A DNA stretch of 36,931 bases, taken from positions 1 to 36,931 of the forward strand of contig JANMDF010000072.1 of assembly GCA_031376145.1 (NCBI GenBank). The letters run 5' to 3'. The stretch comes from Alphaproteobacteria bacterium (lineage in GTDB: Bacteria > Pseudomonadota > Alphaproteobacteria > JAJTHO01 > CANGXP01). Below, piece by piece: positions 26,243 through 36,921 of the stretch; positions within the stretch are counted from its first letter, which is position 1; each line of letters begins with the position of its first letter. The notes beneath the pieces are model-generated. The model was not told where the DNA came from, ran no database searches, and saw nothing but the letters and a program-made list of their open reading frames with translations. The position numbers and the translations under genes are program-made.

Positions 26243-27556
26243 GATCGCCTCGGCAATTAATCTGGCTACCGTTGCTGCTGCTGTGCGCAAATCCGGCACC
26301 GCCGTAATTTCCAGGCGGCTACCTACTGTTAACGCACCAAGAGCGTACACCCCAGGTGCTGCCCTGAACTGCGCATCCACGGCAATGCCATAACCATTGT
26401 CTGGCGCGGCGATCAGGTGCTGCTGATGCAGGGACTCCAGCAGGGTATTGTTCTTCTGGTAATTGATGCCACGACAGTCAAAAACAACATCTGTTGAGAT
26501 AACCGCACCTGTACTGGTACGAATGTGACAGGCTGTTTCTGTGGTGATTATATTATGCACCCCAGCAGCGGTGATGTGTAACTGGCCACACTGGCGCATA
26601 TCTGTAATAAGGGCTGCCGCTTGTGGTGGCATCCGGTGACGATACACATTCCACAAACCGAAATAACAACGCAGAAACCGCTGCTGTTCTGATGTGGGCA
26701 GGTCGCTCCACAATTGCTGTGTCAACGGACGCAAACCATCCATGACCTGCTGCCAGCTGTGCCCACGCTCTGCCGCCAGCCGCACCTGTTGACGCAGCTG
26801 TTTTAAGAGCATGGAGAGTGTATCACCGCGCAGCATGTCCCGCGACAGTGGCCAGGCTGCACCCGGTGCAGCATGCTCAAAGGGAAAGCGTGCATGGCGT
26901 GACAGCAGGTTAATAGTACCCTGGAACCCTGCTGTTTTTAAGCTGAACAGAACGTCAATGGCCGTCAGACCACTCCCGATAATGGCCACACTGTCTGTTG
27001 TCTTCAGCGTTGCAAGATCATAATGCCATGGCCGGGATGTGTAGCGGATATTGTCTGTTTGTTGTGCTTGCGCATTCAACGTGTTGCCGGATGCCAGTAC
27101 GACGTTTCTGGAATTAAGAGTATCACCCGCCGTAACACTGTAATGATCGGCCTCTCGGTGCAGAGCGGTGGCGGAATGGCGTATATGAACAATCCGGCAG
27201 TTCTTGCGCAAGGCCAGCGCCAGTGTTTCTTCCCAGAGGTGACCAAGATACGCACCATACAGGCAGCGCGATACAAAACATTGTGGCGTGGGCATCTCCG
27301 GCAACGACTTCCCCTGTAACCATGCGCAAAAACCCGCCGCATCATCGGCAAACGCCCCCATATTGCCCGCCCGCACATTCAACAGGTGTTCGGGACGTGT
27401 TGTAGCATAGGCAATGCCCAGGCCAGGGGTCGCTGTGGGATCAATGCACAGGATATTCAGGGGGCGGGCAGTATAACGCACCAGATTTGCTGTAACCATC
27501 AGGCCGGAAAAACCCATGCCGATAATGGCAACGTCATATACTTCACTGCCCATCAT
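26225..27556 (-). CDS. FAD/NAD(P)-binding oxidoreductase of unknown specificity
   Basis: YDVAIIGMGFSGLMV N-terminal Rossmann motif, then a second IIGSGLTAID motif. 443 aa. Confidence 0.65.
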   Translation of the reverse strand: MMGSEVYDVAIIGMGFSGLMVTANLVRYTARPLNILCIDPTATPGLGIAYATTRPEHLLNVRAGNMGAFADDAAGFCAWLQGKSLPEMPTPQCFVSRCLYGAYLGHLWEETLALALRKNCRIVHIRHSATALHREADHYSVTAGDTLNSRNVVLASGNTLNAQAQQTDNIRYTSRPWHYDLATLKTTDSVAIIGSGLTAIDVLFSLKTAGFQGTINLLSRHARFPFEHAAPGAAWPLSRDMLRGDTLSMLLKQLRQQVRLAAERGHSWQQVMDGLRPLTQQLWSDLPTSEQQRFLRCYFGLWNVYRHRMPPQAAALITDMRQCGQLHITAAGVHNIITTETACHIRTSTGAVISTDVVFDCRGINYQKNNTLLESLHQQHLIAAPDNGYGIAVDAQFRAAPGVYALGALTVGSRLEITAVPDLRTAAATVARLIAEAISAACA

Positions 27557-27742
27557 TTTCTCCGTCTTTCCGGAAACATAGGCGAATCCAAGGCTCTGCC
27601 TTGGAACATGCGCCTGTTATCCGGAATCCAGAATTTAAGTGCTGGATCCAGAATAGCTTGGTTTTCTTAGCCATTCGCAATACTCATGGAGAAAACCAGC
27701 GCTCACGATGACGAAAGTGACAGGTGGTTAACGTCATGCACC

Positions 27743-28003
27743 TCAGATATACCAGGCGATGTCATCATAGGGTTCTTTGTTCTCGACAATCCCTTTTTGC
27801 TGCGCACGATTCCGCATCTGCGCATACAGTGCTGTCACCTGATGGCTGGCTGTATGTATGAATAAAAAAGGTAGAACGGCATGTACCAGCAAGGCGCAGC
27901 CGCTATATATCAACCGCGTAGCAAAAGGAATGGCAAAGGCGGCATGTTGGGTATACGTTTCCCCAATACTTTTCGGGTGCGCCGTAAAAAGATTCCGCAC
28001 CAC
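27743..28003 (-). CDS. Small membrane protein, DUF6356-like
   Basis: FTAHPKSIGETYTQHAAFAIPFATRLIYSGCALLVHAVLPFLFIHTAS resembles the alphaproteobacterial DUF6356 family as I remember it. Confidence 0.5.
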   Translation of the reverse strand: MVRNLFTAHPKSIGETYTQHAAFAIPFATRLIYSGCALLVHAVLPFLFIHTASHQVTALYAQMRNRAQQKGIVENKEPYDDIAWYI

Positions 28004-28004
28004 C

Positions 28005-28625
28005 CTACCCTCTCAACGTTAACGTGTCCAGAAACTCGCGCCGCAAAGCAGTATCTGACTTGAATAAACCGGTGAAATGACGGGTAATCATACTCATGCC
28101 TGGCTTATATACGCCCCGCGTCGTCATGCACTCATGCGCACCTTCAATCACCACGGCAACCCCTTGAGGCTGCAGGGCTGTATCAATGGTATCGCCGATC
28201 TGCGCCGTCATCGCTTCCTGAATCTGCAGGCGTTTGGCAAAAACATCACAGACACGTGCCAGTTTACTGATGCCCACCACACGGGTTTTCGGGATATAGG
28301 CCAGATGGATTTTGCCGATAATAGGGGCTATATGATGCTCACAATGCGACTCAAAGCGAATATCACGCAAAATTACCATATCTTCATAACCGGCGCTTTC
28401 AAAAGAGGCCGACAGTAAACACTCCAGTGGGTTTTCGCGATACCCTTCAAAGTATTCTTCAAAGGCACCGACCAGGCGTTTCGGCGTATCCAGAAGGCCT
28501 TCACGGTCCGGATTATCACCCGTCCACAATAGTAGCGTTCTCGCTGCCGCCTCCGCCTCATCACGACTGGGGCGGGCGTTACTGGCATTTGCCAACACTG
28601 GCTTGATCATTGTTAAGGCTTTCAT
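28005..28625 (-). CDS. folE: GTP cyclohydrolase I
   Basis: [20 protein letters not shown] and [22 protein letters not shown] motifs. 206 aa. Confidence 0.9.
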   Translation of the reverse strand: MKALTMIKPVLANASNARPSRDEAEAAARTLLLWTGDNPDREGLLDTPKRLVGAFEEYFEGYRENPLECLLSASFESAGYEDMVILRDIRFESHCEHHIAPIIGKIHLAYIPKTRVVGISKLARVCDVFAKRLQIQEAMTAQIGDTIDTALQPQGVAVVIEGAHECMTTRGVYKPGMSMITRHFTGLFKSDTALRREFLDTLTLRG

Positions 28626-29014
28626 TGCAACTGTACGGGTTGATAGGGGCTGTCCAGCGAGAAGGCTGGGATATCCACCAGAAATTCGGAACCATCCTGG
28701 CGGGACATACCATAACTCCCCGCCATGATACCAGACGGTGTTGATAGGGGTGTTCCACTGGTGTATTCAAACGCGCCACCCGCCGGGATCAAGGGTTGTT
28801 CACCAACAACACCCAGACCGTATACCTGCTGTTCGCGCCCCATGGCATCAATAATCTGCCACTGCCGGTGTTGCAGTTTTACGGGAAGCGTGCCTTTGTT
28901 CTCAATACGCACATGGTAAGCCCAGACATAATAATCACTGTCTGGGGATGACTGGTTATCAAGATAGGTTGGCTCTATGCTGACGGTAATATCATTGGTG
29001 GTTTTTTGGTACAT
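28622..29014 (-). CDS. apaG: ApaG (DUF525) protein
   Basis: I place the start at ATG 29014. [33 protein letters not shown]...[25 protein letters not shown] is the ApaG pattern. Confidence 0.85.
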   Translation of the reverse strand: MYQKTTNDITVSIEPTYLDNQSSPDSDYYVWAYHVRIENKGTLPVKLQHRQWQIIDAMGREQQVYGLGVVGEQPLIPAGGAFEYTSGTPLSTPSGIMAGSYGMSRQDGSEFLVDIPAFSLDSPYQPVQLQ

Positions 29015-29068
29015 AATGACTGTATATAAGCCGCTTCTGGTAAATGGCAAGTGTCGGACGAAAAAGTA

Positions 29069-29359
29069 TTAGGGCTGCATCGTCTGATGTCGCCGTGCCA
29101 ATTCCACCTGAATGTCCGACAACGTTACGCCCTCGTGATACAGTAAAACAAACAGGTGATAGAGCAGGTCACAGGCTTCACTGGTGATCGCCGTACGGTC
29201 GTGCTGCATGGCGGCAATGGCTGTTTCCACGCCCTCCTCCCCGACTTTCTGGGCGATACGCGCTGTGCCCTGCTGCAGTAATCGGGCAGTGTAGGAGTGC
29301 TCAGGCGCAGCACCCGCCCGCTCCGCAATAATTGTGACCAGCTGTTCTATACTAAGCAT
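29069..29359 (-). CDS. hisE: Phosphoribosyl-ATP pyrophosphatase
   Basis: From ATG 29359: [30 protein letters not shown]...[13 protein letters not shown]. It overlaps the hisF stop by 8 nt. Confidence 0.9.
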   Translation of the reverse strand: MLSIEQLVTIIAERAGAAPEHSYTARLLQQGTARIAQKVGEEGVETAIAAMQHDRTAITSEACDLLYHLFVLLYHEGVTLSDIQVELARRHQTMQP

Positions 29360-30119
29360 CTGTGAACCTGACGGGAATACCGGCACTGTGCATCGCTTTT
29401 TTCGCCTGCTGCACCGTAAATTCCCCCTGATGAAAAATGGAGGCTGCCAGCACAGCGCTGGCGTGACCTTGTATAACGCCATCCACAAGATCCTGCAAGT
29501 GGCCAACGCCGCCGGAAGCAATCACCGGAATTGTCACCGCATCGGCAATCGCACGGGTCAGGGCAAGGTTATACCCCTGACGTGTCCCGTCACGATCCAT
29601 ACTGGTGAGTAAAATCTCCCCCGCACCATAGACCTGCATACGCTGTGCCCAGCCCACGGCCTCAATACCAGTGGCTGTACGCCCGCCATGCGTAAAGATT
29701 TCAAAGACGCCTGGGCTGGTTTCCTTGGCATCAATGGCAACGACAATACATTGGTTGCCATACCGGTTGGCACTGATCTGCACCACTTCAGGGTTGGCTA
29801 CGGCAGCGGTATTAAAAGAGACTTTATCAGCACCAGCCTGCAACAAAATCTGTACATCATCTGGTGTACGCACCCCACCCCCCACCGTTAACGGCATGAA
29901 GCACTGTTCTGCGGTACGACTGACAACATCAAGCAATGTGCCACGATTTTCATGTGATGCCGTAATATCCAGAAAGCATAACTCGTCTGCACCCTGGGCA
30001 TCATACACCCGTGCCTGTTCTACAGGATCGCCAGCGTCCACCAGGTTAACAAAATTCACGCCTTTCACCACCCTGCCATCTTTGACATCAAGGCAAGGAA
30101 TGATGCGGACTTTTAACAT
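29352..30119 (-). CDS. hisF: Imidazole glycerol phosphate synthase cyclase subunit
   Basis: [19 protein letters not shown]...[12 protein letters not shown]...ASGGVG. 255 aa. Confidence 0.95.
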   Translation of the reverse strand: MLKVRIIPCLDVKDGRVVKGVNFVNLVDAGDPVEQARVYDAQGADELCFLDITASHENRGTLLDVVSRTAEQCFMPLTVGGGVRTPDDVQILLQAGADKVSFNTAAVANPEVVQISANRYGNQCIVVAIDAKETSPGVFEIFTHGGRTATGIEAVGWAQRMQVYGAGEILLTSMDRDGTRQGYNLALTRAIADAVTIPVIASGGVGHLQDLVDGVIQGHASAVLAASIFHQGEFTVQQAKKAMHSAGIPVRFTDA

Positions 30120-30121
30120 CC

Positions 30122-30868
30122 CTATGCCGCCCGAACGTCGGCCAATACTGCTCTGGCCTCAGTAATGGTAAAGGCATGTTCATACAGCGCACGCCCGACA
30201 ATCGCACCCAGGATATTACGCATGCCGGTTGCCTTTAAATCTTTCAGATCCTGCAGGCTGCCTACGCCACCAGAAGCAATAACCGGTGTTTTGACTGCTT
30301 CCGCAAGACTGACGGTACTGGGGATATTGAGGCCAGTTTGCGTACCATCGCGGGTAATATCGGTAAAAATAAAGGCAGATGCCCCCGCATCCTGCAGTTT
30401 CAAGGCCAGATCAATCACTTTGACCGTTGATGTTTTGTACCAGCCCTCTACAGCCACAAAGCCATCCTTGGCATCAATGCCCACGGCTACCTGCCCGGGG
30501 AACTGCTGGCAGGCTTCATACACCAGGGCAGGATCGTTGAGGGCTGCCGTGCCTAAAATGACCCGCGCAATCCCAAGTTCCAACCAGCGGCTGATTTGCA
30601 GAATGGTGCGAATACCGCCGCCCAGCTGAATACGACAGCCGGTGTCATTGGCAATACGGGTGAGAATATCAGCATGGACAGCACGCCCTTCAACCGCACC
30701 GTTCAGGTCAACAATGTGGAGCCATTCAACGCCTTCCCGCTGAAACGCCAATGCTTGCGCCAGGGGATCAGGGTTATACACCGTGGCGGCGTCCATTTCA
30801 CCACGCATAAGACGCACACACTGGCCGTCTTTCAGATCAATTGCCGGATATAAAATCATGGTCGCCAC
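30122..30868 (-). CDS. hisA: ProFAR isomerase
   Basis: [16 protein letters not shown]...[13 protein letters not shown]. 248 aa. Confidence 0.95.
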   Translation of the reverse strand: MATMILYPAIDLKDGQCVRLMRGEMDAATVYNPDPLAQALAFQREGVEWLHIVDLNGAVEGRAVHADILTRIANDTGCRIQLGGGIRTILQISRWLELGIARVILGTAALNDPALVYEACQQFPGQVAVGIDAKDGFVAVEGWYKTSTVKVIDLALKLQDAGASAFIFTDITRDGTQTGLNIPSTVSLAEAVKTPVIASGGVGSLQDLKDLKATGMRNILGAIVGRALYEHAFTITEARAVLADVRAA

Positions 30869-31482
30869 TTTGCAAAATTTTCAAGGATACGCAAGCCCGT
30901 ACGCTGGCTTTTTTCAGGGTGGAACTGCGTACCGGCAATATTATGATGCCCCACCATCGCCACAACGGATTGGCCATAATCCACTGTTGCTAAGACATGC
31001 TCCGCCTGTTGTGGTTGCAGATGATAACTATGGGTAAAATACACATCATCGGCCACACCCAAACCAGACAGCAGCGCATGTGGTTGTTGTATGTGCAGGG
31101 TATTCCAGCCCATATGCGGAATCTTCAGTGGAGGACTAACCTGCAAAGGCTGTACGGTGCCACCCAGCCAACCCAGTCCTTGATGCGTGCCATGCTCAAG
31201 GCCAGTATCGGCCATTAACTGCATACCCACACAAATACCCAGAAATGGTTTGCCTGCCTGCAGTACCTGTTCCTGCAAAGCATCCACCATACCAGCAACG
31301 CCCTTTAGCCCTTGTATACAAGCAGCAAAGGCACCAACGCCTGGCAGGACAAGATGCGTTACAGCGTCTAAATCGCTGGGATTGCTGGTAATCAATACAT
31401 CAGCACCACTGGCCTGCAGGGCTTTGGCCACAGAATGCAGGTTGCCGGACTGATAATCAATAACACCTATGCGCGTCAGCAT
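30856..31482 (-). CDS. hisH: Imidazole glycerol phosphate synthase glutaminase subunit
   Basis: IGVIDYQSGNLHSVAKAL...LPGVGAF...GICVGMQL...THSY. 208 aa. Confidence 0.95.
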   Translation of the reverse strand: MLTRIGVIDYQSGNLHSVAKALQASGADVLITSNPSDLDAVTHLVLPGVGAFAACIQGLKGVAGMVDALQEQVLQAGKPFLGICVGMQLMADTGLEHGTHQGLGWLGGTVQPLQVSPPLKIPHMGWNTLHIQQPHALLSGLGVADDVYFTHSYHLQPQQAEHVLATVDYGQSVVAMVGHHNIAGTQFHPEKSQRTGLRILENFAKWRP

Positions 31483-31584
31483 GGCTTGCCCTTAGCGGAA
31501 ATACATCATAGATGCAAGCGAGCCTTGCCTTTGCTGATTCCCCTGTTATGCTTTGGTGAAATTTATGTTTAAGGAGCATCATCT

Positions 31585-31881
31585 ATGGCCACCCCTGGAA
31601 ACGTTGCTGGCATTACTGCCGGTCAATTAAAATCATTCATTGAACGCATCGAACGCCTGGAAGAAGACAAGGCTGGTATTGCCGCCGATATTAAGGAGCT
31701 GTTCGCCGAAGCCAAAGCCAACGGCTTTGAGCCAAAAATCATGAAGCAGGTGTTGAAAATCCGCAAGATGGATCGTGATCAACTGGCCGAACAGGAAGAA
31801 CTGGTAACCCTGTATTGCCAGGCACTCGGCATGATTCCATCTGACATTCAGGATATTGCGGATGCGGTAAAGGCGGCATAA
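31585..31881 (+). CDS. UPF0335/DUF2312 protein
   Basis: GQLKSFIERIERLEEDKAGIAADIKELFAEAKANGFEPKIMKQVLKIRKMD is the DUF2312 signature, an alphaproteobacterial family. Confidence 0.85.
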   Translation: MATPGNVAGITAGQLKSFIERIERLEEDKAGIAADIKELFAEAKANGFEPKIMKQVLKIRKMDRDQLAEQEELVTLYCQALGMIPSDIQDIADAVKAA

Positions 31882-31883
31882 AT

Positions 31884-32891
31884 TTGCGCCTGCTGCATGT
31901 TATGGCCGGTGCAGCCCATGGCGGTGCTGAAGCCTTTTTTGAGCGTCTGACGATTGCGCTGCATGCGGATGGTGTGCAGCAATCGCTGGTTATTCGTGAT
32001 GCTGGTGGCAGGGCAGACCGCTTGAAATCAGCAGGCCTTGTTGTAACCACCCTGCCATTCAGTGGCAAACTGGATGTATACACACCCTGGCAATTGCGTA
32101 GACGTGCCCAAACATGCCAGCCCAGCCATATACTGGCCTGGATGAACCGTGGTGCCAGTATGGCACCGAAAGTGTCGGGTGTGCCGCTCATCGCCAGGCT
32201 GGGCGGTTATTATAACCTGAAGTACTATCAACGCTGTGACTATCTGATTGGTAACACGCCGGACATTGTACGCTATTTAAGGGAATCGGGCTGGCCTGAA
32301 GAAAAACTTGCTTATCTGCCCAACTTTGCCAGCCCCCCCCGACCAGACAATACAATAACCACCCCACCCCGCAACAAACCGGTTGTCCTGGCCATGGGAC
32401 GGCTGCACCGTAACAAGGGTTTTGATACCCTGATTGCCGCCATGACGCAAATTCCTGATGCGCAATTATGGTTATTGGGTGAAGGTGAAGATGCCGCCGC
32501 ATTACAGCGGCAGGCAGCAGGGCAGGATGTGCTTTTTCTCCCCTGGCAGGAGAACATAACACCTTATATGATGGCGGCAGATGTCTTCGTCTGCCCATCG
32601 CGTCACGAGCCGCTGGGCAATGTGATGCTGGATGCGATGGCGCATCAGAAACCCATCGTTGCCACGGCTAGTGCTGGCGCATTACATTTACTGCAACACC
32701 GGGAAACCGCGCTTATCACCCCCATTGATGATGCGCCTGCCCTGGCACAGGCCATTCAGGATCTGTTACATGATCACCAACTGGCAGAAAGCCTTGCAAG
32801 CCAGGCGCATGCCGCGTATTTAGGAAAATTCAGCAGCCACGCTGTGGTTGCCCAATATAAAACATTTCTGGAGCATACCCGCCATGGCTGA
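31884..32891 (+). CDS. Glycosyltransferase (GT4-like)
   Basis: TTG start. MRLLHVMAGAAHGGAEAFFERL N-terminus and a C-terminal VCPSRHEPLGNVMLDAMAHQKPIVAT (E-x7-E-type) region. Confidence 0.8.
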   Translation: MRLLHVMAGAAHGGAEAFFERLTIALHADGVQQSLVIRDAGGRADRLKSAGLVVTTLPFSGKLDVYTPWQLRRRAQTCQPSHILAWMNRGASMAPKVSGVPLIARLGGYYNLKYYQRCDYLIGNTPDIVRYLRESGWPEEKLAYLPNFASPPRPDNTITTPPRNKPVVLAMGRLHRNKGFDTLIAAMTQIPDAQLWLLGEGEDAAALQRQAAGQDVLFLPWQENITPYMMAADVFVCPSRHEPLGNVMLDAMAHQKPIVATASAGALHLLQHRETALITPIDDAPALAQAIQDLLHDHQLAESLASQAHAAYLGKFSSHAVVAQYKTFLEHTRHG

Positions 32892-34650
32892 TACCAGCAC
32901 CCTGCCAACCTGGGACTTATCCGATCTTTTTGCTTCCCTGCAGGATCCGAAAATTGCCGCAACGCTGCAACAGGCGCGCACGGCGGCAACCGCATTTGCT
33001 GATAGTTACAAGGGTAAACTTGCCACTGTTGGTGCAGAAAGATTTGTACAGGCTATCCACCAGTATGAAAATCTACAGGAAGATTTAGGCATGGTGATCA
33101 GCTATGCCGGTCTTGCCAGCGCCGCTGATCGGGACAGCACCGAAGTTGCACAGTTTTATCAGTATGCCCAGGAAGAGTTAACGGAAATCAGCAAGCCACT
33201 GTTATTCTTCTCTCTGGAACTGGCCAGCCTGGATGATGCCGTTTACAAAGCATATCTGCAACATCCAGATGTTGCCCGTTACCAAACCTGGCTGGATGAT
33301 GTGCGCAAATACCGCCCGCACCAGCTAAGTGATGACCTGGAGGCTCTGCTGCATGACAAAGCCCTTACAGCACAAGCCTGGGTGCGGCTGTTTGATGAAA
33401 CCATGTCTGGCCTGCGGATTCCGTTTGAGGGTAAAGACCTGACGGAAAGTGATATTCTGCACATCATTGGCAGTACAACTGATGCCGTGCGTCGCGGTAA
33501 TGCTGCGAAAGCCTTTGGTCAGGTTTTACAGGATAACCAGCGCACGCTGTGCCTGATCTACAATACCCTGATGAAGGATAAATCTATCGAAGACAGCTGG
33601 CGGAAATTTGCAACCCCAAGCCACAGCCGCCATTTAAGCAACAGCATCAAGCCTGCCGTTGTCGATGCGCTGGTAACAACTGTTAAAAGCCACTATCCCA
33701 CCTTAAGCCACCGTTACTACGCCATTAAAGCCAAGTGGATGGGACTGGAAAAACTGCAATACTGGGATCGCAACGCCCCCTTGCCAGATATTGCTTTACC
33801 AAACTACCCCTGGGCAGAGGGCAAGCAAATCGTGCTGGATGCTTATCACAGTTTCTCACCCAAACTGGCGGACACAGGCGATGCCTTTTTCAAGAATGCC
33901 TGGATTGACGTACCACCGCGTGCCGGCAAAGATTCCGGTGCCTTTGCCCATCCTACCGTCCCAAAAGCCCACCCGTATCTATTGCTCAATTACCATGGCA
34001 GTGCGCGGGATGTCATGACCCTGGCACATGAACTGGGACACGGCGTGCACCAAGTGCTGGCGGCAAAGCAAGGCGCACTGTTGTCGGATACCCCGTTGAC
34101 CCTGGCGGAAACAGCCTCGGTCTTCGGTGAGATGCTCACGTTCCAGGCGATGCTGAACACGGCCACCGATCCACAGCAACGCAAAGCCCTGCTGGCGCGT
34201 AAAGTGGAAGACATGCTGAATACCGTGATCCGGCAGGTGGCATTCTATGACTTTGAATGCAAAGTCCATGCGTTGCGCCAACAGCGTGAACTAAGCCCTG
34301 AAGATTTCACCGCCATTTGGCTGGAAACCCAGAGTTCGTGCCTGGGCGACGCCGTGCATATAGATCCCGCCTGCCATAGTTACTGGAGCTATATCCCGCA
34401 TTTCATCCATACACCGTTCTATGTGTATGCGTATGCTTTTGGAGAATGTCTGGTGAATGCTTTGTTTGCAGTATATCAGCAACAGCCGGAGGGCTTTGCC
34501 GAAAAATACCTGGACATGCTGGCCGCTGGCGGCAGCAAGCCGTATGATGTCCTGTTAGCACCATTCGGCCTGAATATTGAAGACCCGAAATTTTGGGCAG
34601 GTGGCCTGCAGCTGATTTCACAGTATGTTGACGAATTGGCCGTATTGTAA
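32884..34650 (+). CDS. pepF: M3-family oligoendopeptidase F
   Basis: From ATG 32884. The HELGHGVH zinc motif is present, the N-terminus is LPTWDLSDLF, and the length is about 588 aa. It overlaps the glycosyltransferase stop by 8 nt. Confidence 0.85.
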   Translation: MADTSTLPTWDLSDLFASLQDPKIAATLQQARTAATAFADSYKGKLATVGAERFVQAIHQYENLQEDLGMVISYAGLASAADRDSTEVAQFYQYAQEELTEISKPLLFFSLELASLDDAVYKAYLQHPDVARYQTWLDDVRKYRPHQLSDDLEALLHDKALTAQAWVRLFDETMSGLRIPFEGKDLTESDILHIIGSTTDAVRRGNAAKAFGQVLQDNQRTLCLIYNTLMKDKSIEDSWRKFATPSHSRHLSNSIKPAVVDALVTTVKSHYPTLSHRYYAIKAKWMGLEKLQYWDRNAPLPDIALPNYPWAEGKQIVLDAYHSFSPKLADTGDAFFKNAWIDVPPRAGKDSGAFAHPTVPKAHPYLLLNYHGSARDVMTLAHELGHGVHQVLAAKQGALLSDTPLTLAETASVFGEMLTFQAMLNTATDPQQRKALLARKVEDMLNTVIRQVAFYDFECKVHALRQQRELSPEDFTAIWLETQSSCLGDAVHIDPACHSYWSYIPHFIHTPFYVYAYAFGECLVNALFAVYQQQPEGFAEKYLDMLAAGGSKPYDVLLAPFGLNIEDPKFWAGGLQLISQYVDELAVL

Positions 34651-34678
34651 CACTTCTGATCACAGACCCGAGGCACAT

Positions 34679-36850
34679 ATGACGGATCAACCTACACCAG
34701 CCCAGCAATCCAATAACGATCTGGATTTATCATCGGTACTGAACATCCTGTGGGGGCGTCGGGATGTTATTGCGGCAATTACCGTGGCGATTACCCTTAT
34801 TGTTACTATTGTATTGCTGCAGTTACGTTCGGAATATACGGCAACCGCCTCGATCATGATTGATTCGCGTAAAACGCAAGTAACGGATTTTGAATCTGTT
34901 GTTTCCGGGTTGCAAGTTAACGATGCCGTGGTGCGTAGTGAAATGGCCATCATGACTTCGCAGAAACTGGCCGGTCGGGTGGTAAAAAAGCTGGATTTGC
35001 TGCAGGATCCCGAATTCAATAGCGATCTGCAAGGCAATGGCGGGATCGTCGCCTGGTTGCGTCGTCAGCTTGGCAAGACTACCAAAGCCGCCCCAAAACA
35101 CAAGACCATCAATGCGGTACTGAAAAATTTTTCGGCTGAGAATGATGGTAAATCCTATGTCATTCATGTGAAGTTCCGCTCTGAAAGCCCTGAAAAAGCC
35201 GCAAAAATAGCCAACACCTGGGCAGAGCAATATCTGGTCAATCAGTTGGAAGTAAAATACGAAACCACACAGCGTGCCAATGAATGGTTGAGCGTTCGAC
35301 TGGCAGAACTGAAAGAAAAGGTGGCTATTACGGATAATGCCGTCATCAAGGCACGCGAACAGCATAATATTGTCAATAATACCGATGGTGAGAGCATCGC
35401 ATCACGCCAGATGACCGAGCTCAACACCCAGCTGGTGCTGGCGCAGGCAGAACGCGCCCAGTCGGATGCCCGCCTGCGCCGTGCCCGGCAACTGGCGGGT
35501 TCCAGTGGCTATGACTCCATTGTTGAGGTGATTTCCTCGCCGCTGATTCAAAGTCTGCGGGAAAAAGAATCGGAATTGCGCCGCAAGGAAGCCGAAATGG
35601 CCACCCGCTATGGTGACCGTCACCCGTCGATGATCAATGTGCGAGCAGAAATTCGCGATCTTTCTCAGAAAATCAAGGAAGAAGTCAGCCGCATCATGAA
35701 CAGCCTGGCCAGTGAAGTGGAGGTGGCACGGGCGCGGGAGAACACCATTCAGTCGCAGCTGAAGAATGCGGAAGGCAAAGTCACCACCATGAACCGCGCC
35801 CAGATTGAGGTGGATCAGCTGCAGCGCGAGGCGGATGCCAACCGCGCCCTTTATGAATCATTCCTCAGCCGCTTTAAACAGACGTTTGCCCAGGATGATT
35901 TTCAACAGGCGGATGCCAGCATTATTTCCGAAGCCGTATTGCCAGAAAATCCATCGTTTCCCAAACGCAAGATCATGTTTGCCCTGGCCTTGGTAGGATC
36001 ATTTATTTTTGGGGTTTTTGTCGCACTGGTGCTGGAACTGCTCAACAATACCTTCCGCACCCCTGTGGAGGTGGAGCGCAGTCTGGGTATAAAAACCATT
36101 GCCATGATTCCCCTGGTAGCCAAGGCTGCTACGGGCAACATTACTACATTTCTGCGAGAGCACATTACTGGACAATATGCAGAGGCAGTGCGCTCCACCC
36201 TCACTACCCTGCAGTTATCCCGAGGCGCGCAGGGTGCGGCCAAAGTCATCCTGATTACGTCCACACAGCCGGACGAGGGCAAAACCTTTTTCTCTATTTC
36301 CCTGGCCAATATTGCCGCCATGGGCGGGAAGAAGGTTCTGGTTATTGACGCCGACTTGCGCAAGCCCACCGTCAGTCAGAAACTGCAGGTCAAGTTCAAT
36401 AAAACCCTTGGTGATTATTTGAACGGCAACGCCGCCATTAAAGACATCATGTACCGGGACAGCAACAACAAAGTGGATTATTGCCTGGCCACCACCAACG
36501 TACAGGTACCCCAGGCCGCACTGGGCAGTGACGCCATGCGTGCCCTGCTGGATATGGCACGTCAGCACTATGATTATGTGGTCATTGACAGCCCGCCACT
36601 GCTGGCGGTTTCGGATACTCTGGTACTGGCACCACTGGCTGATCAGGTACTGTATGTGATTCATCACGACAAAACGACCCGAAAAAGCGTGCGTAACGGT
36701 GTGCGTCTGTACGCACAGTCCGGTGCCGAAACCCCAATGAAAGCCGTATTGACCCAGGTCAATATTGTGAAACATGCCCGGTACGGGTATGGTGATGAAG
36801 CACAGTATTATGGTCGCTATGGCGATTATTATACGAAGTCTGCTACATGA
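34679..36850 (+). CDS. Polysaccharide co-polymerase / tyrosine autokinase (Wzc/ExoP/GumC-like)
   Basis: From ATG 34679. There is a Wzz-like N-terminus with a TM helix, a coiled-coil periplasmic region and a second TM helix. The P-loop is TSTQPDEGKTFFS, followed by VLVIDADLRKP and YVVIDSPPLL. The C-terminal tail is Tyr-rich (RYGYGDEAQYYGRYGDYYTK). Confidence 0.85.
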   Translation: MTDQPTPAQQSNNDLDLSSVLNILWGRRDVIAAITVAITLIVTIVLLQLRSEYTATASIMIDSRKTQVTDFESVVSGLQVNDAVVRSEMAIMTSQKLAGRVVKKLDLLQDPEFNSDLQGNGGIVAWLRRQLGKTTKAAPKHKTINAVLKNFSAENDGKSYVIHVKFRSESPEKAAKIANTWAEQYLVNQLEVKYETTQRANEWLSVRLAELKEKVAITDNAVIKAREQHNIVNNTDGESIASRQMTELNTQLVLAQAERAQSDARLRRARQLAGSSGYDSIVEVISSPLIQSLREKESELRRKEAEMATRYGDRHPSMINVRAEIRDLSQKIKEEVSRIMNSLASEVEVARARENTIQSQLKNAEGKVTTMNRAQIEVDQLQREADANRALYESFLSRFKQTFAQDDFQQADASIISEAVLPENPSFPKRKIMFALALVGSFIFGVFVALVLELLNNTFRTPVEVERSLGIKTIAMIPLVAKAATGNITTFLREHITGQYAEAVRSTLTTLQLSRGAQGAAKVILITSTQPDEGKTFFSISLANIAAMGGKKVLVIDADLRKPTVSQKLQVKFNKTLGDYLNGNAAIKDIMYRDSNNKVDYCLATTNVQVPQAALGSDAMRALLDMARQHYDYVVIDSPPLLAVSDTLVLAPLADQVLYVIHHDKTTRKSVRNGVRLYAQSGAETPMKAVLTQVNIVKHARYGYGDEAQYYGRYGDYYTKSAT

Positions 36851-36889
36851 TTGTGAGAACATAAATGACACATTTAACCCCTCACCCAA

Positions 36890-36921
36890 CCCTCTCCCCA
36901 AAGGGGAGAGGGCTTTCTTTC
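36890..36921 (+). terminator. GC-rich hairpin (terminator and/or REP-like element) after the kinase gene
   Basis: ccctctcccc-aaa-ggggagaggg is a perfect 10-bp stem, followed by ctttctttc. The T-tract is interrupted, and the window ends 10 nt later. Confidence 0.5.

Noticed and set aside
27623-27654. Two copies of atccagaat spaced 20 nt apart, upstream of the FAD/NAD(P)-binding oxidoreductase gene.
   Set aside because: A 9-nt repeat occurring twice could easily arise by chance, and there is no palindromic structure or supporting context.
29069-31482. The his cluster lacks hisB upstream of hisH.
   Set aside because: Split his operons are common, so this is not informative.
36215-36901. A 228-aa minus-strand ORF.
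   Set aside because: It is antisense to the kinase domain of the Wzc-like gene, so it is a shadow ORF.
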